NCBI GenBank assembly: GCA_964016885.1
Contig: OZ024759.1
Span: forward strand, 33,790,001-33,854,000
DNA from: Eledone cirrhosa
Taxonomy: Eukaryota
DNA length: 64,000 bases
Direction of reading: 5' to 3'
The translations under genes were made by a program, and so were the position numbers. The notes under the pieces were generated by a model. The model saw only the letters and a list, made by a program, of their open reading frames with translations. It had not been told where the DNA came from and made no database searches. Positions 15,778 to 31,039 of this stretch are shown in pieces (position 1 is the stretch's first letter; the number at the start of each line of letters is the position of its first letter).

Positions 15778-16597
15778 TGTTGGTGAAGATATGTCTGACA
15801 TTGCTTTTGTTTTTGCTGTTGTTGTCGTGGTTGTCGTTGTTGTAGTTATTGTTGGTGAAGATATTATGTCTGACATTGCCTTTGTTTTTGCTGTTGTTGT
15901 CGTTGTAGTTATTGTAGGTGAAGATATTATGTCTGACATAGCCTTTGTTTTTGCTGTTGTTGTCGTTGTAGTTATTGTTGGTGAAGATATTATGTCTGAC
16001 ATTGCCTTTGTTTTTGCTGTTGTTGTCGTTGTAGTTATTGTTGGTGAAGATATTTTGTCTGGCATTGCTTTTGTTTTTGGTGTTGTTGTCGTTGTAGTTA
16101 TTGTTAGTGAAGATATTATGTCTGACATTGCCTTTGTTTTTGCTGTTGTTGTCGTTGTAGAAATTGTTGGTGAAGATATTATGCCTGACATTGCTTTTGT
16201 CTTTGCTGTTGTTGTCATGGTTGTCGTTGTTGTAGTTATTGTTGGTGAAGATATTATGTCTGACATTGCTTTTGTTTTTGCTGTTGTTGTCGTGGTTGTC
16301 GTTGTTGTAGTTATTGTTGGAGAAGATATTATGTCTGACATTGCTTTTGTTTTTGCTGTTGTTTTCGTTGTAGTTATTGTTGGTGAAGATATTATGTCTG
16401 ACATTGCTTTTGTTTTTGCTGTTGTTGTCGTTGTAGTTATTGTGGGTGAAGATATTATGTCTGACATTGCTTTTGTTTTTGCTGTTGTTGTCGTTGTAGT
16501 TATTGTTGGTGAAGATATTATGTCTGACATTGCTTTTGTTTTTGCTGTTGTTGTCGTGGTTGTCGTTGTTGTAGTTATTGTTGGAGAAGATATTGGT
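15778..16597. repeat. 63/75-bp minisatellite, about 12 copies
   Basis: Unit GTTGGTGAAGATATTATGTCTGACATTGCTTTTGTTTTTGCTGTTGTTGTCGTTGTAGTTATT. Long variants carry a 12-bp insertion. Confidence 0.95.
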
Positions 16598-17011
16598 GAG
16601 GCATTGCTTCTGTTGTAGTTGAAGTTGCTTTTGTTTCGTTGTTGTTGTTGTATTTCCTCTCACTCTATGTGAGGACATATATAATAAATGATGCAGCAAA
16701 ATAATTGAAATTCTATGAAAACTCGAAGACAGTTCATCTATATAAACAACATTCGTATTATTAATGTATTGTGCGATGGAGTTGTTTAGAAACATTTTTT
16801 AGAGCGAAAAAGATGTAGAAGGAGCGATTGATATATAGGACGAGAGGGGGAGATGGAAGAGTCGGGGTGATTGTATATATATATATATATATGCGTATAT
16901 GTACATATATATATATATATAAATATATACATACATACATATACATACACACATATATATATATATGGTGGCTGGCAACTGGTTTTCGTTTCGAGATACC
17001 CGATATATATT

Positions 17012-17081
<70 letters not shown>

Positions 17082-17600
17082 TATATAGAGAGAGAGAGAG
17101 AGAAAGAAAGAGAGAGAGAGAGAGTGAGAGAGAGAGAAAGAGAGAGAGAGAGATAGAGAGAGAGAAAGAGAGAGAGAGAGAATTTTGGAGTGATAGTAAG
17201 GGACAGATAGAAACAATGCTTCACATATACATTATATCCATGTAGGAGAACCCCTACCCATGCGCTGAATGAGTGTGGCATTTAGTCCAGCCGGCGACTT
17301 GAAAACTCTGGTACAAACACTACACTTGTGACAATTATTGACACATAGTGCTGGGCCCAAGGTACCATGTGACTACAAGTGCAGAGAGATCTCCAGATAT
17401 AAAGCAATGCCTGCGCCGTGAAGCTTTTATAGTGAGCAAAGGCACTGCACAAAGCCAGTCCCACTCTCTTAACCAAGATGATATTTACCAAAAAGAAGAA
17501 CAAGTCAACATCATTGGATACCATCAGGGTTCCAGGTGTTATATCAGAGTTTTCCTTCTCCTAGAATACTGCCTTGACACTGGCTAAGGGGTCATCTTTC

Positions 17601-17678
<78 letters not shown>

Positions 17679-17897
17679 TAATATAAATATACAGAGAGTG
17701 AGAGACAGAGTGAGGGAGATAATGAGAGAGAGACAGAGAGAGGTGATCGAGATACAGGCAGCGATAGAGGGGGTGAAATTGGTGTATATATATCCTATGA
17801 GAGTCAGCTGGAAGATCACAGACACTTATTATCACGTGATCATGTATAACGAGTCAATAATTCAAAAAGAAAATTACACTCGTTGACTTAGACAGTC

Positions 17898-17975
<78 letters not shown>

Positions 17976-18321
17976 CATATATATTCATTTATACATATGC
18001 ATATATATACATATATATATATACATACATATATATTCATATATACATATACATATATATACCCAATAAAAATATGTACATTTATATATATACATATATA
18101 TACATTTATATATATACATATATATATATACATATATATAGATTTATATATATATATATAAATACATAATCGGAGAAAGCTATTAGCGATACTCCGGCCA
18201 AATTGCAACTCACTCAACAAACATTAGGAAATACCAGTGTATATTCGCAATTAAACGTTTGGGGTGCTAACTATATTGTATTGTGTGGATAATTGGCTGT
18301 ATTATTTCATATGAGATATAT

Positions 18322-18371
<50 letters not shown>

Positions 18372-18375
18372 AATA

Positions 18376-18430
<55 letters not shown>

Positions 18431-18499
18431 GTACGTGGGAAAGTAAATAATCGGAGAAAACATGTTTATTTTAAATATCACCTACGTACGTTTCGTACC

Positions 18500-18541
<42 letters not shown>

Positions 18542-18600
18542 AGTATGTAAGTAAGTGCCGTGCTAAGAGTGAGAAATGAAATTTCGTTTCATTCTATTCC

Positions 18601-18679
<79 letters not shown>

Positions 18680-18749
18680 TATATACATTAATATATATAT
18701 ATTTATATATATATATAAATATTTTTATATATTTATATATATATATATA

Positions 18750-18797
<48 letters not shown>

Positions 18798-18805
18798 TAT
18801 ATACA

Positions 18806-18924
<119 letters not shown>

Positions 18925-18930
18925 TCAAAA

Positions 18931-18990
<60 letters not shown>

Positions 18991-19364
18991 TATATACATT
19001 AATATATATATATATATATATATACAAACATTATATTTCCATGATCACGTGGTAGTATGTAACCAATTAACAATGAAAGAAAATTACATTCACTAACGTA
19101 GACCGTAGAAGACAGGCACGACAAAATGGCTGAACTGTCCATATTAGAAATATCTTCAAAATAAATATAGAACACAACAAACAAATACAAACATTTGCAG
19201 ACGACACAGACGATGAATAAAGAATAATGAATAAAATATTGTAAATAGAGTTGGATGAAGTTCAATTGAAATGTCAAGAACGGTATGATATCCGGAGTTA
19301 ATGCTTTCCATTGTAACATTGTTATGTAAAATATCATTAGTTTTCTTTTAAATAATACAAAACC

Positions 19365-19467
<103 letters not shown>

Positions 19468-19511
19468 AGAGGGAATTTATTTTATAAAACCGAGTTCTAT
19501 TAACGATAGTG

Positions 19512-19571
<60 letters not shown>

Positions 19572-19703
19572 TATATATATAAATGTACACATATGCAGAA
19601 ACATATATATTCATATATATATATAAATATATTTATGCATATATCTATATATATATAAACTCTTGAAGACACACATAATCTCGCAACAATACACATGCAT
19701 ATA

Positions 19704-19809
<106 letters not shown>

Positions 19810-20368
19810 TATGTATATATATATATATTCAAATTATCTGATTTTAATGTAATCTGCTACACGGCTGATCTTTGGCAATGAAATGTAATCGAAAACTGAG
19901 TCGTATTAGCACACATAACCGTAAAGCGTGAACACTTTCTATGGACACACATACCCAACTTGCGCTAAAATGTGTGTGTGAATATATATATATGTATATA
20001 TATATATCTATATCTATCTATATATATATATATATATATATAGATAGATAGATATAGATATATAGATGAAAGTTTGGTAAAATCGAAGCTTCGGCCGTAG
20101 CCACGTTAACGATCTACAACGAGGAATATGCTACCAAGCACTCGATGATGATTCTCAGAGTAATAACATTCTTTAGACAAATTGAAAGCTTTGACAGGCA
20201 GACCCAGCTCTGACACCGAAGCAACGAGAAAACCGACAGGCTAATAACGAGAAAACCTGAGCCTTCTTAGGGGCAGATCTTCGTTTCTCCGATAGGTTTC
20301 TAGGAATCTGAAATCAACAATCCTACTTGCGCAAGAATGCAAGTTTTTGGTGTTTGAAGACCGAACAG

Positions 20369-20419
<51 letters not shown>

Positions 20420-20520
20420 ATAATAATAAATTTGAAGACTAAAATCCAAAGAGGGCTCGATAAGGATAAATATATATCAAATATATAAGAACCGTAGAGC
20501 AAATATTTATTAAAATAACA

Positions 20521-20598
<78 letters not shown>

Positions 20599-20601
<3 letters not shown>

Positions 20602-20803
20602 AATGAGTAGGACCCCGATGGCAGAGCTCAAGCCGTTTCGACGGCTAATTCTGGACTAAGCTTTTAGTCCAGAATTAGCCGTCGAAACGGCTTAAGCTCA
20701 GCCGTCGGGGCCCTACTCGTTCCTATTACCCACTCTACTACCCTAAGTATTGAGTCCTTTGGTGCGTTATGGTCCATCTGGTTCCTTACCACACTTCCTT
20801 AGT
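20599..20803. mobile_element. Family A element: about 60-bp-arm hairpin plus unpaired tail, in (TA)n
   Basis: GGCAGAGCTCAAGCCGTTTCGACGGCTA and its reverse complement, then tail TAAGTATTGAGT...GGTTCCTTACCAC. Other copies at 1455-1508, 8992-9127, 33811-33969, 52711-52826 and 56915-56992. Confidence 0.8.
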
Positions 20804-20832
20804 TATATATATATGTCTAACGACTGTCGTAA

Positions 20833-20963
20833 GCCATAAGGGTTATTTGGCTGGTGCATATCCCGGTTTCATGGCGTGAAGTGTCTAAGAGTACACGACT
20901 CCCCCTGGACAGGACGCCAGTCCATCGCATGTTAAAACCTCTAGCTAATGCCGGTACTCATCT
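20833..20963 (-). mobile_element. V-domain-like SINE fragment
   Basis: CCGGTTTC...CTCCCCCTGGACAGGACGCCAGTCCATCGCA...GCCGGTACTCAT resembles the reverse complement of the V-SINE central domain. Recalled from memory, not searched. Confidence 0.5.
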
Positions 20964-21794
20964 TCAAAATGTGTAGCGGGGAGTCGATGGAATTCAACCC
21001 GGGGGCATTACTGTTAGTTTATGTAACCGACTCCGATGGGACGAAAAGTAAAGCTAAGGTTTGATTGAGATAATTTACATCACACATAAATACCAGTAAT
21101 GCCTTTGGGTTCAGTCCATCGACTACCACCACACCTTTTTAAACTCATGTCACTGCGCCGAAATTCAAAACAATTATTATAGTTAACTGCATCTTGTTAA
21201 CGCTCGTTTCATATATGTATATGTTGATGGTAATGATGATGCTGGCCTTGATACTGATACTGATGTTGCTGATGATGATGATAATTAAGTGATTGATGTT
21301 AGACATTAGAACATTAGAGAGCTGTCTATGGCTGGGAGTGTTAAATGTTTAATGGTCGTCCAACAAGACGGATAGGAGGCGCTGACTGCAGTACTACATG
21401 TGTATATAAGACATCTCCTCCCCTTACTACCTACACTCACGACACTCACACCCTCACTCAATCTCCATACATTTCAGTCCTATACACGGCTCCACTCACA
21501 TCAAATAGATTCTGACAGTTTAAAAGCTGCGATGAACATTTTGATAAAGGAAAAAAAATAATCATCAGATTTTTGTCATGTATTATTGCTTTTGTGATGG
21601 CGGTGGTGGGGAGTTGTAGTGGAGGTGGCGGGGAGTTGTGGTGGTGGTCGGAACTGTGGTGGTGAGGGGGGGGGGGGCGTGGTTGAGTTGCGGTTTTTTC
21701 GTTGTGGTGGTGATGGTGTGGGTTTTAGTGGTTCTGCTAGTATTGTTGAAGATGTTGTTGGTTGTGGTGTAGATGGTGATGTATCCGATCAGAC

Positions 21795-21885
<91 letters not shown>

Positions 21886-21962
21886 TAAAATAACAGATTA
21901 AAGTTTAAGCAAAGAATCGCTGCTTTCACCCTTAACGGGATCTTCTGTATATATATACTCAT

Positions 21963-22023
<61 letters not shown>

Positions 22024-22270
22024 ATATAGAGAAAAATACACAAATATATGTGTTCAATTATCGGGCCATGATACCGCCAGAGTGAATATCGTATTATCTA
22101 CGAACAGAATGGAAGTTATATAAAATTTAAAATGATAAATTAAAAATTAAAATGTAGAGACTATTCTTTAATAACTATATCTCCTGGTCACGCAGTAAGT
22201 ATATGTATGTTTTTATATATACTGTCTTATAAAGATCCCGGTATCTACACCTCGAACTCATTAAATTATA

Positions 22271-22458
22271 GGGGATGAATTGGTAGTATCGGTAGAGGGT
22301 TGGATGCCATGCTTTCTAGTATAGCTACGTCCCTTTACAGTCTGAGTTCAAATCCCGCCGAGGTTAACTTTGCCATGCATCCATAAGGCGTCGATAAAAT
22401 AAAGTACCAGTAATGTACTGGATAATCGCTGGCCTTGAGCCTAAAGTAGAAACAATTA
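22271..22458 (+). mobile_element. tRNA-derived SINE with Deu/Nin-like central domain, full length
   Basis: A-box-like TTGGTAGTATCGG, B-box GAGTTCAAATCC, central GCATCC...GTCGATAAAATAAAGTACCAG, tail GGCCTTG...GAAAC. Confidence 0.8.
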
Positions 22459-23444
22459 CATTATAAGGGATTAATATTGTAATTTGATGAACCCTTCATT
22501 CTTGCTCTTGTGTGGGCATGTAAACAGAACTGCAGACACTAATGTTTCTGGGTTTCATCCTTCATCAGTACAGCTCAGTCACCTGCCAACTGTCACAGCC
22601 AGTGAAAATATATGCTATTTTCTAAAATATACAGTGACTGATCGGCCTGGTTATCATATTAGCAGACTGGCTGGTCAGTCAGATCTGCACATTAGCAAAT
22701 CCACTGATCAGCCAGGTTTGCATATCAACAGACTGAACAGTCAGTTTCCTCCATACGAGCGATAAATGGCTGGTTCGCTAAATAAAAAAAAGACATATAT
22801 ATATATATATAATATATAATAATATATATATATATATAATATATAATAATATATATATATATATATATATATACAGCATGCCATCTGTAAATCATATATT
22901 CTCTTCCAGTAGTAGAAATGAAGATATGACATCTGCTTCCCCGAGGTGTCTCCATGTTTTCAGACAAACCCACAGGGAAACGAACCAGCGATAGCGGAGG
23001 ATACATGGCTCTAACCAGAATCCTACACATAACTAATTATAAGCCTACATTTCTCTAATTCTAAATCCTATATCCAACAAATATATGCCAAAAATCTGCT
23101 GAATCTAACGACTGATTTTTAATTTTCTTTTTCTTAATTCGTGATTTAAATTTGATACACCCTATTTATTCTAATTATTTGTGGATAAAATAGAATATAA
23201 CGAGTTGATTTACTGTGATATGTTCCAACTAATCGGATATTTCACCTCTTTAAACGAGAGAAAGTATATCGAGTCTAACACATCATTGATTCAGCAAGCT
23301 ATTGTCTATTATGTTGGTATTAGCCAGCGTTTGCTCTCTCTTTCTATAGGAGAACACATTTCGGAAACTATATGTACACAGACACATACACATATATATA
23401 TATATATGAGCGTGTGAGTGGAGGTATATTTATATGTATGTGTG

Positions 23445-23486
<42 letters not shown>

Positions 23487-25409
23487 TGTATATATATATA
23501 TGTGTATGTGTCTGTATATATATGTGTGTGTGTGTATATATATGTGTGTGTGTGTCCGTGTGCGTGTGTATTAACATGTGAACTAATTGCAATTGATTTT
23601 TACCTATTATTTTTTATGGATAAGCGTTAGCTAACGTAGTCCAACATCCGTTTTCTCGGATTCCGGATATTAATGAAGATTTAGTTCCTACAATTAGATA
23701 GTAGGGTGTAAAATCTCGTTTGTAAAGTGCATTGAAGCGAGACGTTTTCTGGGCAAAATTCAAATAATGAACTAAATTCAGCCCAATGAAATCTCACCCC
23801 TTAATTATATATTGTTCAGAACCATCTATTGTTCAATAAGCAATGAACATTTGACACATAAAAATGTGGTAAATAAAAGTTAAGGTCGTAAGGGAAATTA
23901 GATTAGTGAAAGCCTTTTTCTTAATTATAGGTTTTGGTGAACAACCAGATATACTTTTCAACACAAAATAAAGTTGAAATTCTTTTCTTTGTGGAATTAC
24001 CTGGTAACATATGTGGCACAAACCCACAAATATATTGTCAAATAAATTAACAAGAATTGAACTCTGTGCACTTTCAGAAATGTCTTCTTAGCTATTCCGT
24101 GAATATATGTTTAAATATATTTGAACTTACAGTTAACCCCAGTTCAATGATAGCAACCCTCTCCAGGCCTGAGAATAGCAGATTTCTTCCAGAGAAAGAT
24201 AGAAAGTGAGAGAGAGAGAAATGAGAAAGATGTATAGAGGAAGAATCGACCCCAATATTAGGCGGATACTTTTTTATCGACCTCGAAATGATGAAGGGAT
24301 TTGTAATCAGAGACCTGGCACATAAAGCATTCTATCCGAAGTTCTATATATATATTATATGGTGCCCTGGTGGCAAATAAAAGAAACATATATATATATT
24401 ATATATATATATATGCTTCAAAATCACTAGACGTATCTGAGGAACTTGCGAATCCAGAGTCAGGTTCGATCCACAAACAGATCGCACCTCAAGCTGTTCG
24501 CTGGAGAAACAATTGTAATACGTTATAAATTGTGTTACGATCCAACACTGATGCTTCATTATCTATATTATTATACTCTGCTCCGAAGGATCAGAGAGTG
24601 CTCAACCGGCATACCGCCTATGGAAGCATCCAAGCAAACTTACTACATACATGTATATATATATATATAATTGTGCAACATGCAAGACTTTTTCAATGTA
24701 TGTTAAGTCCTGTCATGTTTACATTTCGGTAAAAAGCATTCACAGCAAAATTATATAATTCCCATTTTTGCAGATAAATTGATGTAGCCGAAGTAGCGTA
24801 TTTATTTTACAGAATTTTAAAATCCCTAAGTGTTGACGGATTTTCCCCCGAATTTATATTCTCGACTTGCACATCAATATTACTCGTTATTTTCCCTGTC
24901 AAAAATAGGCTTATTTAAAACTTAATGCGGCAGGCACCTCCAGATAATATGAAATAAATAACGTTAGTTTTACATAAGAAATTTCATCGCTGTGATGGAT
25001 CGCTCTTCCATTTAATGCATACAAAGTTACACGTACAATAAGAACAAAACAAATATGGATGAAGTTGTAGCAGAAGATATTGTGCCTAGAATAAGAAATA
25101 ATAAGAAATGTATGTAAAGAGATTTTATAGACTGGGAAGGAAGAATTGATGTCCGTGTTCTGAACGTAGAGTACGTTATAGATATACAAAAGAATTTAGT
25201 ACTATGTAATAATGTTAAATAGACAACAGTACAAGCGGAAACATCTGGGGAGTCTGGAGTAAATAGATGAGATCATCTGTCATATGTATTCAATGCTCAT
25301 ATGTGTGTATACACAGACATATATATATATATGTGTATTGCGTAATGCTTGTATGTGTACGTGCATGTGCATATTTACATAGGTTTGTGTATGGCGGGAT
25401 ACATGTGTA

Positions 25410-25486
<77 letters not shown>

Positions 25487-25637
25487 GTATAAATATATAT
25501 GTATTTTTATATACACACATACATCTGTACATGTGTGTGTGCAAAGATGTGCATGCATATATATATATATACATACATGCACATTCTTACACACACACAC
25601 ATATATATATATATATATGCACATTCTTACACACACC

Positions 25638-25675
<38 letters not shown>

Positions 25676-25721
25676 CACGATGATGATGATGATAAAACAT
25701 GTGTTCTTGGCGATAATAATA

Positions 25722-25760
<39 letters not shown>

Positions 25761-25765
25761 ATGAC

Positions 25766-25796
<31 letters not shown>

Positions 25797-26315
25797 ATGA
25801 CGATGATGATGATGATGCTGATGGTGGTTTTTGTTGCTGTGAAATTACATCTCTTTATTTGCGGTAGGTGGGAATGATTAATAAGCATATTGATAATGGT
25901 GTTGAGTTGAGCTATAGTAACCTTGATTAAGATCTTATCGGCCATGACACAGCTCCCCTCACATATCCTCCTCCCCTTCTCCATCCTCCTCCTCCTCCTC
26001 CTCCTCTATTTCTTCTCCCCTTTACCCTCCTCCTCCTCGCTTTCTATTCCCATTCCTCGCTTACTCTCTTCCTTTTTTTCTATCTCTTCCTCTCTTGCTT
26101 CTCTCCAGCTTCCACCTCCCCTTCTACATCATCCTCTCTCCCTCCTCCTTCTCTCCATTTCCTCTCTTCCTTCTCTTCTTTTCTATCTCCTCCTCCGCCA
26201 CTTTTACATCATCGTCTCTGCCTTCTCCTCTTCCTCCGCCGTATCCTCTTTGTCCTCCTCTTTCATCATCATTTAATTCATCAGCTTTCCCTTTTCTGCT
26301 CAACTCTTCTCTCTA

Positions 26316-26352
<37 letters not shown>

Positions 26353-26754
26353 ATGTCTATTTCTCCCTCTCTCCCCCTCTCTCTCCCCTTCTCTCTCTCT
26401 TTATATATATCTCTCTCTCCTTCCATCTCTTTCTTTCTCTTTCTCTTCCTCTATATCTCTCTCTCTTCTCTCCACACCATTTATTATATCATTTATCTTG
26501 CATTTATTTATCTTCATCTTCTTTTATATCTCTCCTTCGCTCTCTCTCACTCTATCTCTCTCTCTCTCCCTCTATCGTTCTCTCTCTCTCTCCCTCTCTC
26601 CCTCTATCTCTCTCCCTCTATCTCTCTCTCTCTATCTCTCTCTCTCTCGCTCTATCTCTCAATAATATATAACGTTTCCTCTTTCTCCTTTCTTCTGTCA
26701 CTGTCTGTCTTTCTCTACCCCTCTCTCTCAATTTCCCTTTCTTCTATCTCTCTC

Positions 26755-26791
<37 letters not shown>

Positions 26792-27349
26792 CGATGCCCC
26801 TTTTCCGTTCTTCTCTCTCCCTCTTCCTCCCACCCCAACATCCATCCTCTCAGTTATGATATTATCGATATTACCATGAGATCAGCCATGATTGTAATGT
26901 TAACACTGCCGTCACGTGTTACACATGAGCTTCCAATCAATTTAGATCGAATTCAATAATCGGACATACACACTCAAACATACATACAACGGCACACAGA
27001 CACACGCACACACACATAAACGCAACCATACATACACACAAACACACACAACTACACAAACACACAAACATACATACACACTCAAACACACACACACACA
27101 CACATACACATGCATACACACATATACACAGGCACACACACACATACAAACAAAGCGACTGAAACACACGCATATACATAGACGGCCCACAGACACACAC
27201 ACGACTACACAAACACACAGACATACATAAACACCCAAACACACATAAACACAGACATACACACATATACACACGCACACATACACCCACAAACAGACAC
27301 AAACACACACATACACGCGCACACACGCATACACACACACATGCACACA

Positions 27350-27390
<41 letters not shown>

Positions 27391-27809
27391 ACACACACAC
27401 ACACGGGGACTCGGACTAAAAGGGGCATACCTGGTCTTATTGCTATAAAAGCTTCCCTCAGCCTCTGCTTTTCTGCTGTTGTGTGAAAAAAATAAAACGC
27501 TTTACGTTTATTTCGGCTTTGAGTTCTTCAACTCCATCTCTTCTTCGAGTGAGTCAATTCATCCATTCCCTACCATGTTATATCTTCTTTGCCATCAATC
27601 ACTTCATTTCTCTCTATCTCTTCTTCGAATTTGATCAATTTTCTCAACTCCATCTATTCTTCGAGTGGGCCAAAGTATCCATACTCCACCTCGTGAATTC
27701 TTAGTCATCCTCCATTTATGTCACGAATTGTATTCTGTGAAATATTTGGTCGAACCCTGCGTCGTTTCTTTCCTGGCCTTCACACATACTCGCTTTATTT
27801 TATCGTTCA

Positions 27810-28182
27810 TCCTAGAAGGGATGAAAGGCAAAGCTAATCTCGGCAGGAATTGAACACAGAACGTAAAGAGACATAACTACGTCGAGAAGCATGTTGTATG
27901 ACGCTCTTAATAATAACACGACACTCGACAAGAACATTGACACAAAACTGAAGGAAGGGGAAAGAAGAAAAACACAAATAAAAATACTAACAATTGTTTC
28001 TACTTTTGGCACAAGGCCTGCAAACCACCAGTGCATTACTGGTACTTTATTTCATCGACACCGTAAGGATGAAAGGCTAAGTTAACCTCGACGGGATTTG
28101 AACTCAGAACATAAAGGGACATAACTATACTGGAAAGCATGGCGTCCGACTCTCCACCGATACTGCCAATTCACCGCCCTTA
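27810..28182 (-). mobile_element. Two SINE copies of the same family (partial 27810-27910, full 27990-28182)
   Basis: Shared motifs CCAGTGCATTACTGGTAC, GGATGAAAGGC and GGATTTGAACTCAG. Confidence 0.8.
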
Positions 28183-28189
28183 ATAGTAA

Positions 28190-28645
28190 TAATGATTACA
28201 TTAGGCACAGATCCAATAAATTTGAGGGGAGGGAAAACTCAATTAATTCGACTCCAGTGCATTACTGGTACTTACTTTTTTTTATCAACCCCATTGCATT
28301 ACTGGTACATAACTTTATCGACCTCAGTACATTACTGGTACTTAATTTTATGGAAACCAGTACGTTGCTGGTGCTTAATTTGATCAACCCCATTGCATTA
28401 CTGGTACTTAATTTTTATCGCCCTCAGTACATTACTGGTACTTAATTTTATGGAAATCAGTACATTATTGGTATTTATTTTATGGACCCTCAGTGCATTA
28501 CTGGTACTTTATATTATCGACCCTTTAAGGATGAGAGGCAATGCTAACCCCAGCAGGATTTGAACTCAGATCGTATAGGGTCATAACTCTGTCACACACC
28601 ATGTTGTCCGATACACTAACGATACTGTCAATCCCCTGCCGTCTA
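28190..28645 (-). mobile_element. SINE with an internal 8 x ~33-bp tandem amplification
   Basis: SINE tail and head flank eight copies of CCAGTGCATTACTGGTACTTAATTTTATCGAC-like units (about 28250-28525). Confidence 0.85.
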
Positions 28646-28892
28646 ATAATCACAGAAATAGGAAACAATATAATGGAAATATAATTGCAGAAATCTCCCA
28701 GGCTAAACAACAGTCTTGGACAAACAATACATGGAGAATACAGGATTATATTTTCCAATATTTTAGATATATCATTCTTTTGTATTTATATGGGTTGAAC
28801 AGATCTGTAAATGTAATTATAGATATAATTAAGAAGAGGATGGGATATGTTACTGATGCAGAAAAGGTAAAGCGAAATATTTTATGTAAATA

Positions 28893-28976
<84 letters not shown>

Positions 28977-28981
28977 ATGTT

Positions 28982-29032
<51 letters not shown>

Positions 29033-29041
29033 TTATGTTTG

Positions 29042-29076
<35 letters not shown>

Positions 29077-29083
29077 TTATGTT

Positions 29084-29130
<47 letters not shown>

Positions 29131-30246
29131 GTATATATAACTATATATATATATGTATATATAACTATATATATATATATATATATAACTATATATATAT
29201 ATATATATGTATGTGTATATATATATGTTTATATATATATATACATACATACATACATGACACAATGTTACTATAAGTTCTCTTGGCGATGAGTAGAAAG
29301 AACATCGAAAGATATGAATAAAATAGCCAGAAATCTAAGCTAGTCTTAAACAGGAATGGGTATAGAATTGTATAATAATATTGTCTAAATTCCATTTTTC
29401 AAACTGTGTGAAACTGTTCAGTTGATGTGAAAATTACTTGCAGCAAAATAATATTATTCCATAAAAGAGAATTATAATTTTTTTACCATATTCTCTTTTA
29501 AAACATAGTTTGCTTTTGAAATTTGGTTTTGTTTCTCTTCTGTTGGTGTTCCTATGTGTTATTTTTTAGTTTTATAGAAACACATTACGAAAGGAATGGA
29601 TCTTTTTTCTTTGAAGAAAACCGTTGTGAAGTATTGGCATGGAATATAATTGTATTATTTAGGGAGAAAGTGAGGAAAAAATGTAAATAAAAAGTTAAAA
29701 CTAAAATAGTTTTATGATTTAGTTTCTTAAAATGAATGATAAAATGTCTAAGATACTTGGAAGATTCCATAAAATGATCTCATAATATAAAAAGACATGA
29801 AACAAAATAAGAGATAAAATCTGTATTTTAATGTTTCGTTTTGCTTTTATGTAAAAGCTGGGAGGAAAAGGAGAAACCCATATTGAATAAATGGTTCTGA
29901 GTTCTGTTTTTCCTTGATAGCATGATAAACTTTACGTTGAATTTAAACCTGTTACAATTAAATAAATGGGAGTAACTTTAGTGAATACATTGTATTTAGT
30001 GAATAATTAAATACGAATTATATATAAGGGGGAGTCAAGAGAAGTTGTGGAACATGCAAAAAATGATAGCAATGAAAATAGATTTGGTCCTCCACAAAAT
30101 GTTAAAAGAATATAGACAGATTCAGACTTAATAAGATACGTTTCCTACAATAGCAAGAGTTAAAAGTTGAAAAACATATATCATTACCCTATTGTAATAT
30201 TGTATTGATTCACAGTATAGGCTTCCTTACTCTGGGTTTTCATTCA

Positions 30247-30334
<88 letters not shown>

Positions 30335-30391
30335 TACACGGGTGTGTATGATTGTGTATAGGAAATTATATTAATAAAAGGCATTCCATAT

Positions 30392-30447
<56 letters not shown>

Positions 30448-30598
30448 GTATATATATATTTATATATATAATATTATTCAAATTATTAATAAATGAGAAA
30501 TATTATCATAACTAACGTATATGTTTTATTATACATATGTCAAAGGCACAATGGTGTTTCAGAACGTTTTCATCAGATAAAATATAGAAGGGATTGTG

Positions 30599-30830
30599 TG
30601 CAAAAAGGATTCAATTTTCAGTATTAACAATTGTTTCATTGATCAGGTGAGTCTAAAGGCCGCTAATCACTCGAAGTTGCCTCACTCGACCTTAAAAGCA
30701 GTGTTTAGCTCTGATCAGAGGTAAACACTGCTTTTAAGGTCGACTGAGGCAACGTCGAGTGATGAGCGGCCTTTAGACTCACCTGGTCAATGAAACAGTG
30801 GTAAATACTGTAAATAAAACCCTTTTTGTA
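30599..30830. mobile_element. Diverged spacerless palindrome (about 115-bp arms) with an unpaired tail to about 31020
   Basis: Centre CTCTGATCAGAG (30709-30720). The arms are reverse complements with several mismatches. Confidence 0.85.
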
Positions 30831-31039
30831 CAGCCGACCATGTTATTTTTCACTCTTTCACTATTATTACTCCATGAATAACGTGCATAGGAATTCTCGC
30901 GAACTCTCTACCTAACTAAGGAAACCTCTTGTTGAGTCAAACAACGCCGTACGTTAAAACTATCCATAGTACAGAATACTCACAACCTCTAACTGGATTA
31001 CCTAAAACGATAACTTGTTATCCTATACATATATATATA

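Noticed and set aside
15778-16597. CRISPR-like array or membrane-protein gene
   Set aside because: A contiguous tandem repeat without variable spacers; the poly-Val comes from (GTT)n.
17235-17602. GC-balanced insert possibly from a LINE 5' region
   Set aside because: Only a vague resemblance; it cannot be assigned without a database search.
22271-22360. tRNA gene (A and B boxes)
   Set aside because: No cloverleaf; it is the head of a multicopy SINE.
28250-28525. CRISPR-like array of palindromic repeats
   Set aside because: There are no unique spacers, the unit is a SINE segment, the context is eukaryotic and no cas genes are present.
30020-30240. Possible Tc1/mariner terminal repeat (TAAGGGGGAGTCAA)
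   Set aside because: No matching inverted end or transposase remnant was found.
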